DNA of 40,933 bases from a virus: UHGV virus genome UHGV-0179541. One strand, 5' to 3'. The notes beneath the pieces were generated by a model, which was not told where the DNA came from, searched no databases, and saw only the letters and a program-made list of their open reading frames with translations. Each line of letters begins with the position of its first letter. Position 1 is the stretch's first letter. Shown piece after piece: positions 19,440 through 29,908 of the stretch. The position numbers were made by a program, and so were the translations under genes.

Positions 19440-20622
19440 CGGAGGGTTTCGTGGTCATGTTCATCGGTGTGAGATAGACATCCCCACCGGGACGCGGATT
19501 CATATCTTCCAGGTCGCGGCAGTCATTGGGAGAGTAAATTCCCCAGTTAATCCCGGTGGCGTAGGCTTCAAAACGGGACTTCATATCCCCGCGCAGTAAC
19601 GCCCCGGCGTTAAATTTGGCGTAATAAACGCCCTGCTTACTTTTTCGTACCAGTCCGGTGTTGATCCGCTGCTCAATGCGGGTCAGATACGGCACCAGTG
19701 AATAGTTGATAAATCCCAGCCCCAGTTCTTCGATATTGTTGAAGGTGGCACGATCGGTGTTCTGCACCATGTGCAATGGCACACGGAACAGACGACAGAT
19801 TTCTTCAAGCTGAAACTTGCGGGTTTCCAGGAACTGGCTGTCCTCGGCGTTCAGCGCCATCGACTTCCAGTCCAGCCCCATCTCAAGGATCATCGGGCGG
19901 TGAGCATTGCCAAGCCCGGTGTGACGCTCCTCAAAATCTTTCTTCAGGCGCTCATAAGCCTGATCTGACAGCGTCTGCTCTGTACGCAACACACCCGACG
20001 TCACCGCGCCATTGCTGAACAGTCTGGCCCCGTGCTCTTCGGTCGCAGCTGCCAGCGATATTGCCTCGCGGGCATAGGCGATGGGATTCAGCCCCACCAG
20101 TCCGTCCAGCGTCAGCGTACGCACATGCCAGATATCCTCCTGGCTCAGTACATCCGTGGAGCCATCCGGGAATGTGACCTGATAGATCGGCTCCCAGCTA
20201 CTGTTAAGCTTCGGTACCACACAGCCGGGATCGACGGGCAGCAGTTCAGCCACTTCGCCAAATGCTTTCACTTTGTAGGCGTAAAAGTTTCCCCGCAGGC
20301 ACAGACAGGTGACCACCAGCTCCCAGAACTCCTGCGGCGTCATATAGCCATTGGGATGCGTGGAGATCAGCTTATGCAGACGTTCGCCAGTGGCTCTCTG
20401 CTTCAGGCTGCCGTTCAGGTGATACAGGTTGCAGGGCAACATCCCGACCGACTCCGCCAGCACCCTGACACAGGAAAAAACCGCCGTCAGTCGCATGGCC
20501 CGCTGGCTGCTGATCTGCTTTCCGGTATAGGTGTCGTAGGACAACCCGATAGCATCCGCCAGCTCTGCTGGCGTGGTCACCGGTGCGTCACTTTTTCGTT
20601 GAAATAATCCCGAAAAGAACAC
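19381..20622 (-). CDS. Portal protein, HK97 family
   Basis: 413 aa after the large terminase. Confidence 0.75.
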   Translation of the reverse strand: MFFSGLFQRKSDAPVTTPAELADAIGLSYDTYTGKQISSQRAMRLTAVFSCVRVLAESVGMLPCNLYHLNGSLKQRATGERLHKLISTHPNGYMTPQEFWELVVTCLCLRGNFYAYKVKAFGEVAELLPVDPGCVVPKLNSSWEPIYQVTFPDGSTDVLSQEDIWHVRTLTLDGLVGLNPIAYAREAISLAAATEEHGARLFSNGAVTSGVLRTEQTLSDQAYERLKKDFEERHTGLGNAHRPMILEMGLDWKSMALNAEDSQFLETRKFQLEEICRLFRVPLHMVQNTDRATFNNIEELGLGFINYSLVPYLTRIEQRINTGLVRKSKQGVYYAKFNAGALLRGDMKSRFEAYATGINWGIYSPNDCRDLEDMNPRPGGDVYLTPMNMTTKPSDGSKAGKQKDNANADETTS

Positions 20623-20804
20623 TATTTACCTCCGCCGACAGACGACTGTGTACGGTCGAGATATCGCGCCACCAGCCACGACCAGAACAGGCACAGCGCC
20701 CCGGCAACAACAAAACCCGCCGGGGGATAAATCAGCCAGGCACCATATGCCAGCAAAAGCGCACCCAGCACGCCCACCAGAGGCGCGAGAATCAGCATGA
20801 TCAT
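20622..20804 (-). CDS. Small hydrophobic protein
   Basis: 60 aa, almost entirely hydrophobic, between terminase and portal. Confidence 0.35.
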
Positions 20805-20815
20805 AATTACCTCAG

Positions 20816-22549
20816 TTAAAGCGAGCGGATCCCGTAGGACTCAATGTGGTCAGACAGCGTGTCTTCTTTCTCGTACAGCATGGCTCTGCCAACCGCCATA
20901 ATCAGCGCAACTGCACCGTCAATTTTGTTTTCCGCCTGCTCTTTGACGGGTTTCACCACATCATCGTTACCCGGCATGTTTTTGCCGACCACGTTGCCGA
21001 TACACCAGGTCATGATGGGATTGCCGTCATGATGAAAACGTCCCGATTCAATCGCTGCTTCCAGCTCTTTCATCGGATCGGACATATTGGTGAAGTTCTG
21101 GACGATAGTGACGGGATTCAGGTCTTCATCAGCAAGGTCATGTGAGAGCCCGGTCGCCCCGAAGGGGTCGATGGGTGACTCGCTGACCGGGCTGATTTTG
21201 TTCGCCGCTTTGGCCTCTTCGAGGATGTAGCGATAATCCACCTCTGCACCATCGGTAACGGTCAGGACGCCCATTTCCACCCATTTCTGAAAGCGTTCGG
21301 CGGTCCGGCGATCTTCATTTTTCTCGACGCTGTACACCGTGTCATACGGTACCCAGAAACGCGGGGCCACACTGTAGTAATGCGTTTTACCGTCAATCTC
21401 GCGGGTATAAAGTCGCGCCATGCTGTTCATATCCAGCTTACGCGCCAGGTCAAAGGCCAGAATGCACGGCTGCCCCTCGAACTGCTCAAGGGTAAGTGAT
21501 TTATCCTCGCAGCTCTGCCAGCTCACCAGGTTGAAATACGCCGAACGCGCCGACACCCAGATATTGAGGTGTTTTGTTTTAAAGACGTTTGCCAGACGGG
21601 CGTTATTTTTCGCACGCTGTTGCTGACTTAACAAAAACTCACGGTAAACCGACACCCCAATATTTGGATTGGCTTTTTCCAGCACCTGCGGGTCGGTCCA
21701 TTCGTCACCTTCGTCAACGGTATAGATGATCCCGAACAGTTCATCGTTGGGTACCGAGCCGTTGAGCATCTCGATAACTTCCCGCCGCTTGTCGTAGCAC
21801 GGCCCCTCAATGTTGTACCCGGCAGTAGTAATGGCCCACATCAGTGGCTGACGTCGCGCCCCCATCCCGGTAAGCATCGTGGTGTAAAGCGCATCGGTGG
21901 CGTGCTCGTGATATTCATCCACCACCGCACAGTGGGGTGATGATCCATCACCGGGGTTACCGATCAGCGGTTCAAACCGCGCGCCATCCTCCGGACGATT
22001 CATGTTTGAGGCGTTAACCTCAATCCCGAACGCTTCCGTAAGCATGGGTGTGCGTTTACACATCAGTCGCGCCGGACGAAAGACTTCCCACGCCTGTTTC
22101 TCTGTCGTGGCACCGGAATACACTTCCGCGCCAAACTCGTTATCACAGGCAAAACAATACAGGGCGACACCGGCAGAGATTGCCGATTTGCCGTTCTTAC
22201 GGGGGATTTCGGTATACACCTCCCGGAAGCGGCGCAGCCGGGACCCTTTATTGACCCAGCCAAACGCACAGCAGATCACAAAGAGCTGCCACGGCTCCAG
22301 CGTGATGGGCATCCTCTTGAATGCCCACTCACCCTTGGTGTGCGGCAACAGCTGAATAAATTTGGCGGCCCGTTCAGCCAGGTCCTTGTCGAAGCGGTAA
22401 CGAAACGACTTACTTTTTTCCGCCATCAGGTCATCAAGATGGCGCTGGCAGGCCTGAATCACAAACTGGCAGGCAACAATCTTTCCGCGCACGACATCCC
22501 GGGCATACTGATTTGCAGCATTTACGTTGGGGTAAGATTTCCGGCTCAT
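20816..22549 (-). CDS. Terminase large subunit
   Basis: 577 aa following the small-subunit gene; size and position. Confidence 0.8.
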
Positions 22550-23049
22550 GATTCGATAATTTTCAGAAACGGGTTAGTGGCTTTCTTCTGCCCCGCCAGG
22601 CCAATCAGACGCTGGCGGCTGCTGGGGTCGAGTCCGAGCATTGCCCCCGTACTGCTCATCTCGGACTCCTGTTCTTTTTTGGCGGTCAGCTCCGGATTTT
22701 TGACCATGCCGCCCATTGCACCGGTGATGGTGTTGCCCTGTCTGGCAATATTTTTCACAGCACGTCGCCAGAACTCATAGGCCACGCACCACCGCTCAAG
22801 CACTGCGAGGTCAGTCACGCACAGCAGGCCCTGACCGCAGAGTTCTTTGGTTGTCAGTTGCCACATGATCGTGGCGAGAGGGAGCTCTTCTTCAGCGAAC
22901 CACTCCGGTGGCTCAACACCTTTGATGGGCGTAAAAACAGGTTCATCTTTATTCAGGGCTCGCTTGCCGGGGTTTCCGGCCAGCGCCTTGCGCGCCGTTG
23001 GCTTGGGGCGACGCCCGGAACGCCCCGCCGTTCCAGCCATATGCGGCAC
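22546..23049 (-). CDS. Terminase small subunit
   Basis: 167 aa, overlaps the large subunit start. Confidence 0.7.
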   Translation of the reverse strand: MPHMAGTAGRSGRRPKPTARKALAGNPGKRALNKDEPVFTPIKGVEPPEWFAEEELPLATIMWQLTTKELCGQGLLCVTDLAVLERWCVAYEFWRRAVKNIARQGNTITGAMGGMVKNPELTAKKEQESEMSSTGAMLGLDPSSRQRLIGLAGQKKATNPFLKIIES

Positions 23050-23166
23050 TCCTGGTTAAATTTCATTTTTCGCGGGTATAAAAAAACGATGGGGCGGGCA
23101 GTCCGGAAGGCGCGCGGTTGCAAAGATTCGACCTCCCCCTCCCCTGGCTGATGATGACATCAATTC

Positions 23167-23517
23167 TCACCTGAACCGCTCACGCGCGGTCTTCACTGCG
23201 TGACACGACCAGCACAGACTCTCAAGGTTGCTGTCTTCATCAGTGCCGCCGTGAGCCTTCGCCTTGAGGTGGTCCACGCAGGACGCTTGCTTCACAACTC
23301 CCTGCCGAAGATGGTTCTGACATAACCCTTTGTCGCGCTTTAGTATCCGCTCCCGGATGACTTCCCACTTTGTTCCATATCCGCGCTGCTGCCGTGATTG
23401 ACCTGGCTTGTAGGATTTCCAGCCCTCACCTTTATGATTTTCGCAGTAGCCTGACGGATCTGTAGTGGTAGAACGGCAGCCGCGAACACGGCAGGCTTTT
23501 GGGATTCGTGGCGGCAT
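23167..23517 (-). CDS. HNH endonuclease (terminase-associated)
   Basis: 116 aa with Cys/His clusters (CxxC...HxxxH) upstream of the terminase genes. Confidence 0.7.
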   Translation of the reverse strand: MPPRIPKACRVRGCRSTTTDPSGYCENHKGEGWKSYKPGQSRQQRGYGTKWEVIRERILKRDKGLCQNHLRQGVVKQASCVDHLKAKAHGGTDEDSNLESLCWSCHAVKTARERFR

Positions 23518-23588
23518 ATGGAAAACTCCGGATAGAAATTATGATAGAAACCATGTTATTTAATAGCGTTTCAATCCGTTAAGTAACA

Positions 23589-24005
23589 ATGGTTATGCTC
23601 GTAAAGGACGCCCTGATGACAAATAACTACATGAATGATTTCCTCAAATACTCACAGCCATATGTTCCAAAGGACTACAATCTTGCAAATGAATTTCATA
23701 GACGCCTTATATGCTGGATAAATGATTTTCACCGTGAACTTGAAGAAGAGTATGAGGTAGGAGGACAACTAGCTAGCTTTGGTAAAAACATTGAATTTCA
23801 TTTCACAGACATAAGCTACTGGAATCCATCATTAATTTCTTTCATTGGTACTCTGGAGGATGGCAGTCCTGTAGAACTTGTTCAGCATGTATCTCAAATA
23901 AATGTCCTGCTAATCCGAAAAAAACGCTTATGCTTAGAGACCCCTAAAAGACCGATTGGGTTTGCTGATTGGGGTGAATACGACTCCTTTAAAGGAGATA
24001 ATTGA
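23589..24005 (+). CDS. Hypothetical protein, AT-rich opposite-strand moron
   Basis: 138 aa on the opposite strand to all neighbours, with its own downstream hairpin. Confidence 0.5.
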   Translation: MVMLVKDALMTNNYMNDFLKYSQPYVPKDYNLANEFHRRLICWINDFHRELEEEYEVGGQLASFGKNIEFHFTDISYWNPSLISFIGTLEDGSPVELVQHVSQINVLLIRKKRLCLETPKRPIGFADWGEYDSFKGDN

Positions 24006-24012
24006 TAACTTT

Positions 24013-24037
24013 ATTGCGGGCGATAATTGCCCGCAAT
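24013..24037 (+). terminator. Hairpin ATTGCGGGC-GATAATT-GCCCGCAAT after the moron gene
   Basis: Perfect 9-bp stem read directly. Confidence 0.55.
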
Positions 24038-24047
24038 CTCGTTTGCC

Positions 24048-24266
24048 TCATAACTGGCTAATACAGTTGCGCTGTACTGCTTTGTTATGTGCCAGAATAT
24101 CCCGCTTCGTAAGCTTATCCAGCACTTCAATGTCCTGACCTGTGAGGTAGATGATTCTTACCCAGTCACAGGCCGTGTCCGTTACTTCAGGTTTTGCGGG
24201 TAAAGTTTTCGCGCAACTCACGGTCAACATCGTCATCAGGTAGATGATTAACAGTCTGCTGTACAT
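24048..24266 (-). CDS. o-spanin (Rz1-like outer-membrane lipoprotein)
   Basis: 72 aa with lipobox LTVSC; partly overlaps the i-spanin gene. Confidence 0.6.
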   Translation of the reverse strand: MYSRLLIIYLMTMLTVSCAKTLPAKPEVTDTACDWVRIIYLTGQDIEVLDKLTKRDILAHNKAVQRNCISQL

Positions 24267-24456
24267 CCCAGGCTCCTTTTGTTGTCTCTACCCTACGTTC
24301 TGCAACGGCTTCAGTAGCAGCTGCACGTTCTTCAGTGCGTTGCTGGTCCGCTTTTGTTTCTGCGATACTTGTACCGCGTGATTTACCCAGACCAAAAGCA
24401 CCTGCAATTGCAGCCAGCACAGCAACAACCAGGCCGATAATCATTTCAAGTCCCAT
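24187..24456 (-). CDS. i-spanin (Rz-like)
   Basis: N-terminal TM helix then charged periplasmic domain; start refined to the internal ATG with a GAGG ribosome-binding site. Confidence 0.55.
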   Translation of the reverse strand: MGLEMIIGLVVAVLAAIAGAFGLGKSRGTSIAETKADQQRTEERAAATEAVAERRVETTKGAWDVQQTVNHLPDDDVDRELRENFTRKT

Positions 24457-24463
24457 AGTGACC

Positions 24464-25078
24464 TCATACCAGTGCGGCTTTTGCTTTGGCGTAACGTTCA
24501 CGGCGGTCTTTAATGCCATTCTGTCCGCCGTTAATAATCTGCGTTACACGTTCCACGTCACCCGAATACATCAAGCAACCGCGTAACGTGAAGTACCACG
24601 CCGCCGAACGGGCCGCATGTCGCTCCTGCGTTAGCAATTCTGGTGTACTGACAAGGTCAAGTTTCAGCGCCGCACCACATTTGGTGTAGTTCTCACGGCC
24701 AGTAATTTGAAGCAGGCCACGACCGCGATATTTCCAGCCGTCACCCTGGCTGTTATTCCCCATGCGGTCACCGTAAACCAGATTGGCTATTTGCGGCTGG
24801 TGAGCGACCTGTTTACCATCGACACGCCCCAGCATTTCGCACTGGTACGGCGTCAGACGCTTACCAAAGGTTTTCTTCAGCCCTTCAACCGAGTAGTTAA
24901 AACTCTCTGCCAGCGAAGTAAATCCTGCAGACTCATGCCCGACTTGTGCAATGAACATGGCCTGATCATTAACTGCTGTAATACCAAACTCTTTCATTGC
25001 CGCATCAATGTGCGGAAACCAGCGTGCAGAAACATCGGCGCTGATACCAGCCGCCTGCTGAAATTGTGATTGGTTCAT
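24464..25078 (-). CDS. Endolysin, glycoside hydrolase family 19 (chitinase-like) lysozyme
   Basis: 204 aa with YRGRGLLQITGRENY motif. Confidence 0.75.
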   Translation of the reverse strand: MNQSQFQQAAGISADVSARWFPHIDAAMKEFGITAVNDQAMFIAQVGHESAGFTSLAESFNYSVEGLKKTFGKRLTPYQCEMLGRVDGKQVAHQPQIANLVYGDRMGNNSQGDGWKYRGRGLLQITGRENYTKCGAALKLDLVSTPELLTQERHAARSAAWYFTLRGCLMYSGDVERVTQIINGGQNGIKDRRERYAKAKAALV

Positions 25079-25359
25079 TAGTGCCTCAGATGGTCAACCA
25101 GACGTGCCACATTGCCTCTGACGGCGACCAGCACGGACAGGAAAATAATGTTGGCCACGATAGTGGCCCACGATGAATAAGGGTAGATACCGCACAGATA
25201 CGCCAGCGGTACGGCGCTATAAATGACCGTAAGCAGCCACGCTAAGCGAGATATCCACGGTCGATGTCTGGAGTCGCCACGACGATAAAACATCAGAGTA
25301 ATAACAACACAAGCACATAACAGCGCATTTATAGTTGCTGTCGGGTCATTTAGCTCCAC
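25078..25359 (-). CDS. Small membrane protein in the lysis cassette (holin or antiholin-like)
   Basis: 93 aa, two or three hydrophobic helices, between holin and endolysin. Confidence 0.45.
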   Translation of the reverse strand: MELNDPTATINALLCACVVITLMFYRRGDSRHRPWISRLAWLLTVIYSAVPLAYLCGIYPYSSWATIVANIIFLSVLVAVRGNVARLVDHLRH

Positions 25360-25732
25360 CTGAACCTCCCCGGCGCGTTATGAGCGCCACCAGCGAGCCG
25401 ATATCCTGATTATTCAGGAACGTCAGGATTTTAACGGCTAAAGCAGAGACGATTACGGCACCAATAGCATCCAGAGGTTTATCACTGTATCCGGTCAAGT
25501 TCGCCAGCTTGGAGCCAACCAACCCAGAGCAAAGGATCCCGGCAATATATGACACGATAAAATATGCTAGTCGGCGCGATGCACTCAGATCTGCTGCTGT
25601 TGCTATGTAGAATACAGCCCCTGCAAATGCGCCAAATACAACGCCGTAATCAGTTCCGGTCAGCAGTCCATAAATACTAGCGCCCGTTAGGGCTCCACCA
25701 GCTAACCCTGTGCCGGAAATCGGATCGGACAT
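25346..25732 (-). CDS. Holin
   Basis: Gly/Ala-rich TM helices; start refined to the internal ATG preceded by AGAGGTGG. Confidence 0.55.
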   Translation of the reverse strand: MSDPISGTGLAGGALTGASIYGLLTGTDYGVVFGAFAGAVFYIATAADLSASRRLAYFIVSYIAGILCSGLVGSKLANLTGYSDKPLDAIGAVIVSALAVKILTFLNNQDIGSLVALITRRGGSGGAK

Positions 25733-25840
25733 TAGCCACCTCTTATTGCAGTGAGTCCTCTCAGAAATAGAAATGAGAGGAATAAAAAAGGCCACCATTT
25801 GGCAGCCATAGAATTGATGTAATTATAACTAATTCATTAA

Positions 25841-26647
25841 CTATTTCTTAATGATGCTATTTAACATTTCTAATGCAAAAAGCAACATGGAGCTAATAAA
25901 ATACAATATAACCGCACTGGCAATCGCTCCAATTATAGCCTGGACACTCCAGTGAAAGTAATTTTTACCATTAATAACAAACTTAACACTAGGAAACAAA
26001 AAGTCGATAAGCTTAATTATTAATGGAATAGCAAAGCTCCATAAGTTCGAAAACAAAATAAAGATACAAATAAATGATAAAGCAAATGCACCATCGATTG
26101 ATAGTTTTGGCGCCAGTTTTGAGGCTGTCCATAAGCTAAGCAAAAAGCCAACTGTCACACCTGAAATCTGGATACTTAACATAGTCCAAGCTGTTCTAAA
26201 AAATCTAAATTTATTTTTGCACTTGTTAAGTAAATCCTGAATCGTAATCCATAACGAGTCAACCCACTCATTATCTTCCGATGCTACAATCATTGTGCTG
26301 CTATTTGAATTCCTCTCATCAATTCGTAGCTCCATCCAAGATCCATTCATCCTGTTAGACTGTCGACTTTGATAAGTTTCAATAGTAAAAATTATTTGAT
26401 CAATCCTAGTGGCCTGTCTAAAGTATTTCACAAGCTCACCGATAGAATCAACTTTATACCCCTTACCATCGAACAAAATAAAAAAAACACATTGAGCACA
26501 AACTTCCCTACTTTCCTTTTGAGCTTGCTCATTCATTTTAACGCAGCGTTCGACAATTGCCGTGCTTAAGCTAATCAAGCTATCTTCATTTATAGAAACA
26601 CCTGAAATATTCTTGCTTCTGTAAAAATATGACACTTTCGATTCCAC
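25841..26647 (-). CDS. AT-rich moron: protein with soluble N-terminal domain and C-terminal multi-helix membrane domain
   Basis: 268 aa; hydrophobic helices in the last ~110 residues; low GC versus flanking lysis and Q genes. Confidence 0.55.
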   Translation of the reverse strand: MESKVSYFYRSKNISGVSINEDSLISLSTAIVERCVKMNEQAQKESREVCAQCVFFILFDGKGYKVDSIGELVKYFRQATRIDQIIFTIETYQSRQSNRMNGSWMELRIDERNSNSSTMIVASEDNEWVDSLWITIQDLLNKCKNKFRFFRTAWTMLSIQISGVTVGFLLSLWTASKLAPKLSIDGAFALSFICIFILFSNLWSFAIPLIIKLIDFLFPSVKFVINGKNYFHWSVQAIIGAIASAVILYFISSMLLFALEMLNSIIKK

Positions 26648-26844
26648 TCCGCACCAGTCTCGATTTAGCGCAGGTTAACATAACCACTTCATTGGTAGAA
26701 GAAAAGAACTCTTCTTGTCAGAAAGCTACTGTGATATCCCTAAACCTGCAGATGATACAGAACAAAATTTAAGCATCAATTGTAGGCGATTTTAAATTCA
26801 CTTTACAGTTTAGGCTGCCAATTGGCAGCCGATTGAAGCAGAAA

Positions 26845-27114
26845 TCAATGAGTGCTCATCGATGAATTTTTTTCAGCGCCAATCTCACTCAAAAAAGCAA
26901 AACCTTTTGACGTTATCTCATTAGCAATCAATCCACCTTCGGCAGATTTGCTTCGTATAACATCGATAAAACCTATATCAGCAAGATCTGAAATAGCAAA
27001 GTTAACCTCTTTTGCTGAGAGATGAGGTAATGATGCAGCCTGAATTCTAGAATCCTTTGGCTGCAATTCATTCACTCGACGTAGTATTTCAAGATGGATA
27101 GAGGTCAGTTTCAT
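26845..27114 (-). CDS. AT-rich moron: small soluble protein, possibly DNA-binding
   Basis: 89 aa, strong ribosome-binding site (CAGGAG), first gene after the late terminator. Confidence 0.5.
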   Translation of the reverse strand: MKLTSIHLEILRRVNELQPKDSRIQAASLPHLSAKEVNFAISDLADIGFIDVIRSKSAEGGLIANEITSKGFAFLSEIGAEKNSSMSTH

Positions 27115-27196
27115 AATGTTCTCCTGTTTTTAATGTTGTTTTACAGAAAACATTATAACACATTGATTTTGATGTAGATTGAATAGAAAAAAACCA

Positions 27197-27221
27197 TAAA
27201 AAAACCTCGCAATAGCGAGGT
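27197..27221 (-). terminator. Rho-independent terminator (tR'-like), downstream of the putative late promoter
   Basis: Minus-strand hairpin ACCTCGC-TATT-GCGAGGT followed by a run of 7 T. Confidence 0.75.
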
Positions 27222-27268
27222 CGTAAAAATTCTTCAACGATAGATACACAAGCCCCATCGTTGAGAAA

Positions 27269-27297
27269 ATCTTATCCATATTTTTTGAAAAATACAA
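27269..27297 (-). promoter_or_regulatory. Putative late promoter pR'-like (TTGTAT-17-TAAGAT)
   Basis: Sigma70-like hexamers read on the minus strand between the Q stop and the terminator. Confidence 0.45.
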
Positions 27298-27328
27298 GTA
27301 TTATGTCATTATCTTCGGCGAAAATCGC

Positions 27329-28081
27329 TTATCTCGTCACCCTTCTCAATTGTGCTTCAGCGTAAGCTTCCTCCTGCCAGCACTTTGTAACCAGTTTATC
27401 AATGACATCTGCATATCCTTTGTACCACTGATAATCCGTCAGGTCTGGTACCAGCTTCTGGACATGAAGCCGCGCCAGTGTGGTTGGTAAACGGCTAAAC
27501 CGGTTTCCACTGCAACGCCCACAAATCTTATAAACAGGCGTGCCATGAAGCCGGGTTCTTTTTTCATCCAGGACAATACCTTTACCCTTACACCCTCTGC
27601 ACGCGGTGCTGACTTCTCCCTTACCATGGCAATGCTGACATAGTTCCTTCACCCACTCTTCCTTGATAACAGATTCCCCGCTTCTGGAGTGTTTCACCAC
27701 TTCGCGCAATACATTATGAAATCCAGTACCAGCACAATGCTCACAGCGAGCCTTACTTGCCGCAGACCTGGAATAATCAGCAAAGGCAAAATTCACAAGG
27801 TAAGGGATGATCTGTAACCGGGTTTCTTCACTCAATTTGTTCAATGTCGGGTTATCCAGTGCCATCGCGTAATTGAGCAGACCTTCAATCGCAAACTGAG
27901 GATCCTGAACACCAACTTTTGCCAGGAATAAGGCAAACCCAAGCGGTGCTTTCGACTGCACCATCCCCTGCGCAGCCATCACATCCGTAATCGTTAAACC
28001 ACCTGAGCCTGTCGCCGGTGCGTCATCGCTCAATTTTGGAGATTTTGGGGAGTAATATTTTGGTAAGGCTTCAAGGTTCAT
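27329..28081 (-). CDS. Q: Late antiterminator Q (zinc-finger type)
   Basis: CxxC...CxxC clusters; start refined to the ATG after GGAGAA, just past the upstream gene stop. Confidence 0.65.
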   Translation of the reverse strand: MNLEALPKYYSPKSPKLSDDAPATGSGGLTITDVMAAQGMVQSKAPLGFALFLAKVGVQDPQFAIEGLLNYAMALDNPTLNKLSEETRLQIIPYLVNFAFADYSRSAASKARCEHCAGTGFHNVLREVVKHSRSGESVIKEEWVKELCQHCHGKGEVSTACRGCKGKGIVLDEKRTRLHGTPVYKICGRCSGNRFSRLPTTLARLHVQKLVPDLTDYQWYKGYADVIDKLVTKCWQEEAYAEAQLRRVTR

Positions 28082-28094
28082 GCTCGTTCTCCAC

Positions 28095-29090
28095 TTACGC
28101 CAGCACGCCAATTGCCAGCGCACGATCGATAAAACGAAATATCAGCTCCAACTGGGAGCCATACTTTTCTTCAAATGCCACGGTATCCGCATGCAGATCG
28201 TCGTGATGCTTTCTGCACAAAGGCAACACAAAGAGGTCATGCGCTTTTGTACCCATTCCCCCCTGACCGTGGCCTATCAGGTGGTGGGGATCATCAGCAA
28301 GCTTTCCACAACATGCACACGGCTGTGTCTTAACCCAGCGCGTGTACTTTTCATTAACCCAACGGCGACGTTTGGGGCGTAACATAAAAGACTCCGGCGA
28401 CTCCGGATCCACTTCCAGCGACAGCACCTTTTTCGCTTTATCCTGGATGATGCTGGTGGCAGGAACCGAAGGAACAAGGTCACTTTCCCGGGTGACAGAC
28501 GGCACAATAGGCTTCGGTAATCTCAGTGCCTTACGGGCTGCACTTTCCGGTAAGGCATCCGCCAGGTCATTACGAACCAGCCACCAGCACAGTTCCGGCA
28601 TTGTCACAACGTGACTATCATCAAAACCGAGATCACGGCGCACAACAGACAACACCCAGCGGGCACAGTTATCCGTTGCCATTGATTCCAGCCGTTCCGT
28701 GAACTGATCGCGCAGCTGGTTATCGCAGTGCCAACACAGACGGATTGCGCCCGGAGCGTGTCGCATTGTGGTCATGTTCTCGCTGTGCCAGTCGGAATGA
28801 GGCCACTGACAGCCCTTTTCACGAAGTAACCAGCTTTCAAGACATTCCACGCCACCAGCACGACGGATCACTGCCTCATTGCGGAACACGGCCCGAACGG
28901 CAGGATCATCCGCCAGCGGTTGTGATGCCGCGGGAACGGCACCACTGGCGAAAGATGAATAACGCTCCGGCTCAGGCTCCAGCAGGACACGCCCCTGCAT
29001 AAACAGGGGCATCAGCTCTGAACCGGGCCTGAACAATACGATCCCCATACGCGGGGCAATTTCAGGGGTCAGTAGTGCTCTCACGGTCAC
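28095..29090 (-). CDS. DUF968-like protein (nin-region, YdfU-like)
   Basis: 331 aa, C-terminal CxxC and CRKHHDDLH motif; recall-based family assignment. Confidence 0.45.
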   Translation of the reverse strand: MTVRALLTPEIAPRMGIVLFRPGSELMPLFMQGRVLLEPEPERYSSFASGAVPAASQPLADDPAVRAVFRNEAVIRRAGGVECLESWLLREKGCQWPHSDWHSENMTTMRHAPGAIRLCWHCDNQLRDQFTERLESMATDNCARWVLSVVRRDLGFDDSHVVTMPELCWWLVRNDLADALPESAARKALRLPKPIVPSVTRESDLVPSVPATSIIQDKAKKVLSLEVDPESPESFMLRPKRRRWVNEKYTRWVKTQPCACCGKLADDPHHLIGHGQGGMGTKAHDLFVLPLCRKHHDDLHADTVAFEEKYGSQLELIFRFIDRALAIGVLA

Positions 29091-29091
29091 C

Positions 29092-29889
29092 TCAATGAAC
29101 GGTATCGAGCAGCTTTAACAGCTCAGGGAATCGGGATTCGAAGAAATGCGGCTGCGTCTCGCGCGGATTTGCGGGACTGGTGATGTTCTTGCCGAACATG
29201 CAGCCTTTCGCTGTCAGCGACCAGAATTTTTTGATGTTGTTAATCGCGGTACGGCTGTATCGTTCGCGTTGTTCAACGATCCCCAGCTTCACCATCTGGT
29301 GATATGCCTGATTAGCCGTCAGGCGGATACCATACTGCTTCAGCAGTGCACTCAGTGACAGCGTAGGACGGCTTGAGCCATCGAGTGCATCAGCAGGAGC
29401 ATCAATGGCATAGCGCGGTGCCAGATTCGGTAAGCCAACAGCCTCCTGAAGTTTCTGACAGGCTCCAAGCACTGATGAGTTAGACAGGTTTAATTCCCGG
29501 CGCATAAAGTCCAGCAGAATCACACCAGCCTGCATCTTGTCAGCAGCCTGCCCGGATAATTTTTCCGGTGCGCTGGTTACCATATCGAAAGTACGGATCA
29601 CCTTCAGATGGAATGACGGGCTGATCCACATTGCATAGGCATACACTAGTTCTTTGCAGACATACGTCCCCTGGTTATTTCCGCCACGAATAACGTTAAC
29701 TGGCTCTATATTGGCCGAGTTGCAAATCTGCAACTCGCTTATTAAACGTTCAGTTTGCTCATTGCGGAGCCAGAATGCAGGCTTATGCTTATCCAGAGAA
29801 CCAGCAGCCCTGTGCAGATCGTTCAGGCTGTAACGACCATAAGCATCACGACGAACTTCAATACCATCAATGACCATCAGATTATTCAT
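29092..29889 (-). CDS. KilA-N-type DNA-binding domain protein (putative antirepressor)
   Basis: 265 aa, N-terminal region resembles KilA-N family; recall-based. Confidence 0.45.
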   Translation of the reverse strand: MNNLMVIDGIEVRRDAYGRYSLNDLHRAAGSLDKHKPAFWLRNEQTERLISELQICNSANIEPVNVIRGGNNQGTYVCKELVYAYAMWISPSFHLKVIRTFDMVTSAPEKLSGQAADKMQAGVILLDFMRRELNLSNSSVLGACQKLQEAVGLPNLAPRYAIDAPADALDGSSRPTLSLSALLKQYGIRLTANQAYHQMVKLGIVEQRERYSRTAINNIKKFWSLTAKGCMFGKNITSPANPRETQPHFFESRFPELLKLLDTVH

Positions 29890-29908
29890 ACTTCGTTTCT
29901 CCTCTTAA

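Noticed and set aside
23050-23166. Possible cos site between the HNH and small terminase genes
   Set aside because: This is the expected position in HK97-like phages, but I could not identify cohesive-end sequence by eye; left uncalled.
27329-28123. Longer Q ORF starting at 28123
   Set aside because: It would overlap the upstream gene by about 30 bp; the internal ATG at 28081 follows GGAGAA and starts just after the upstream stop.
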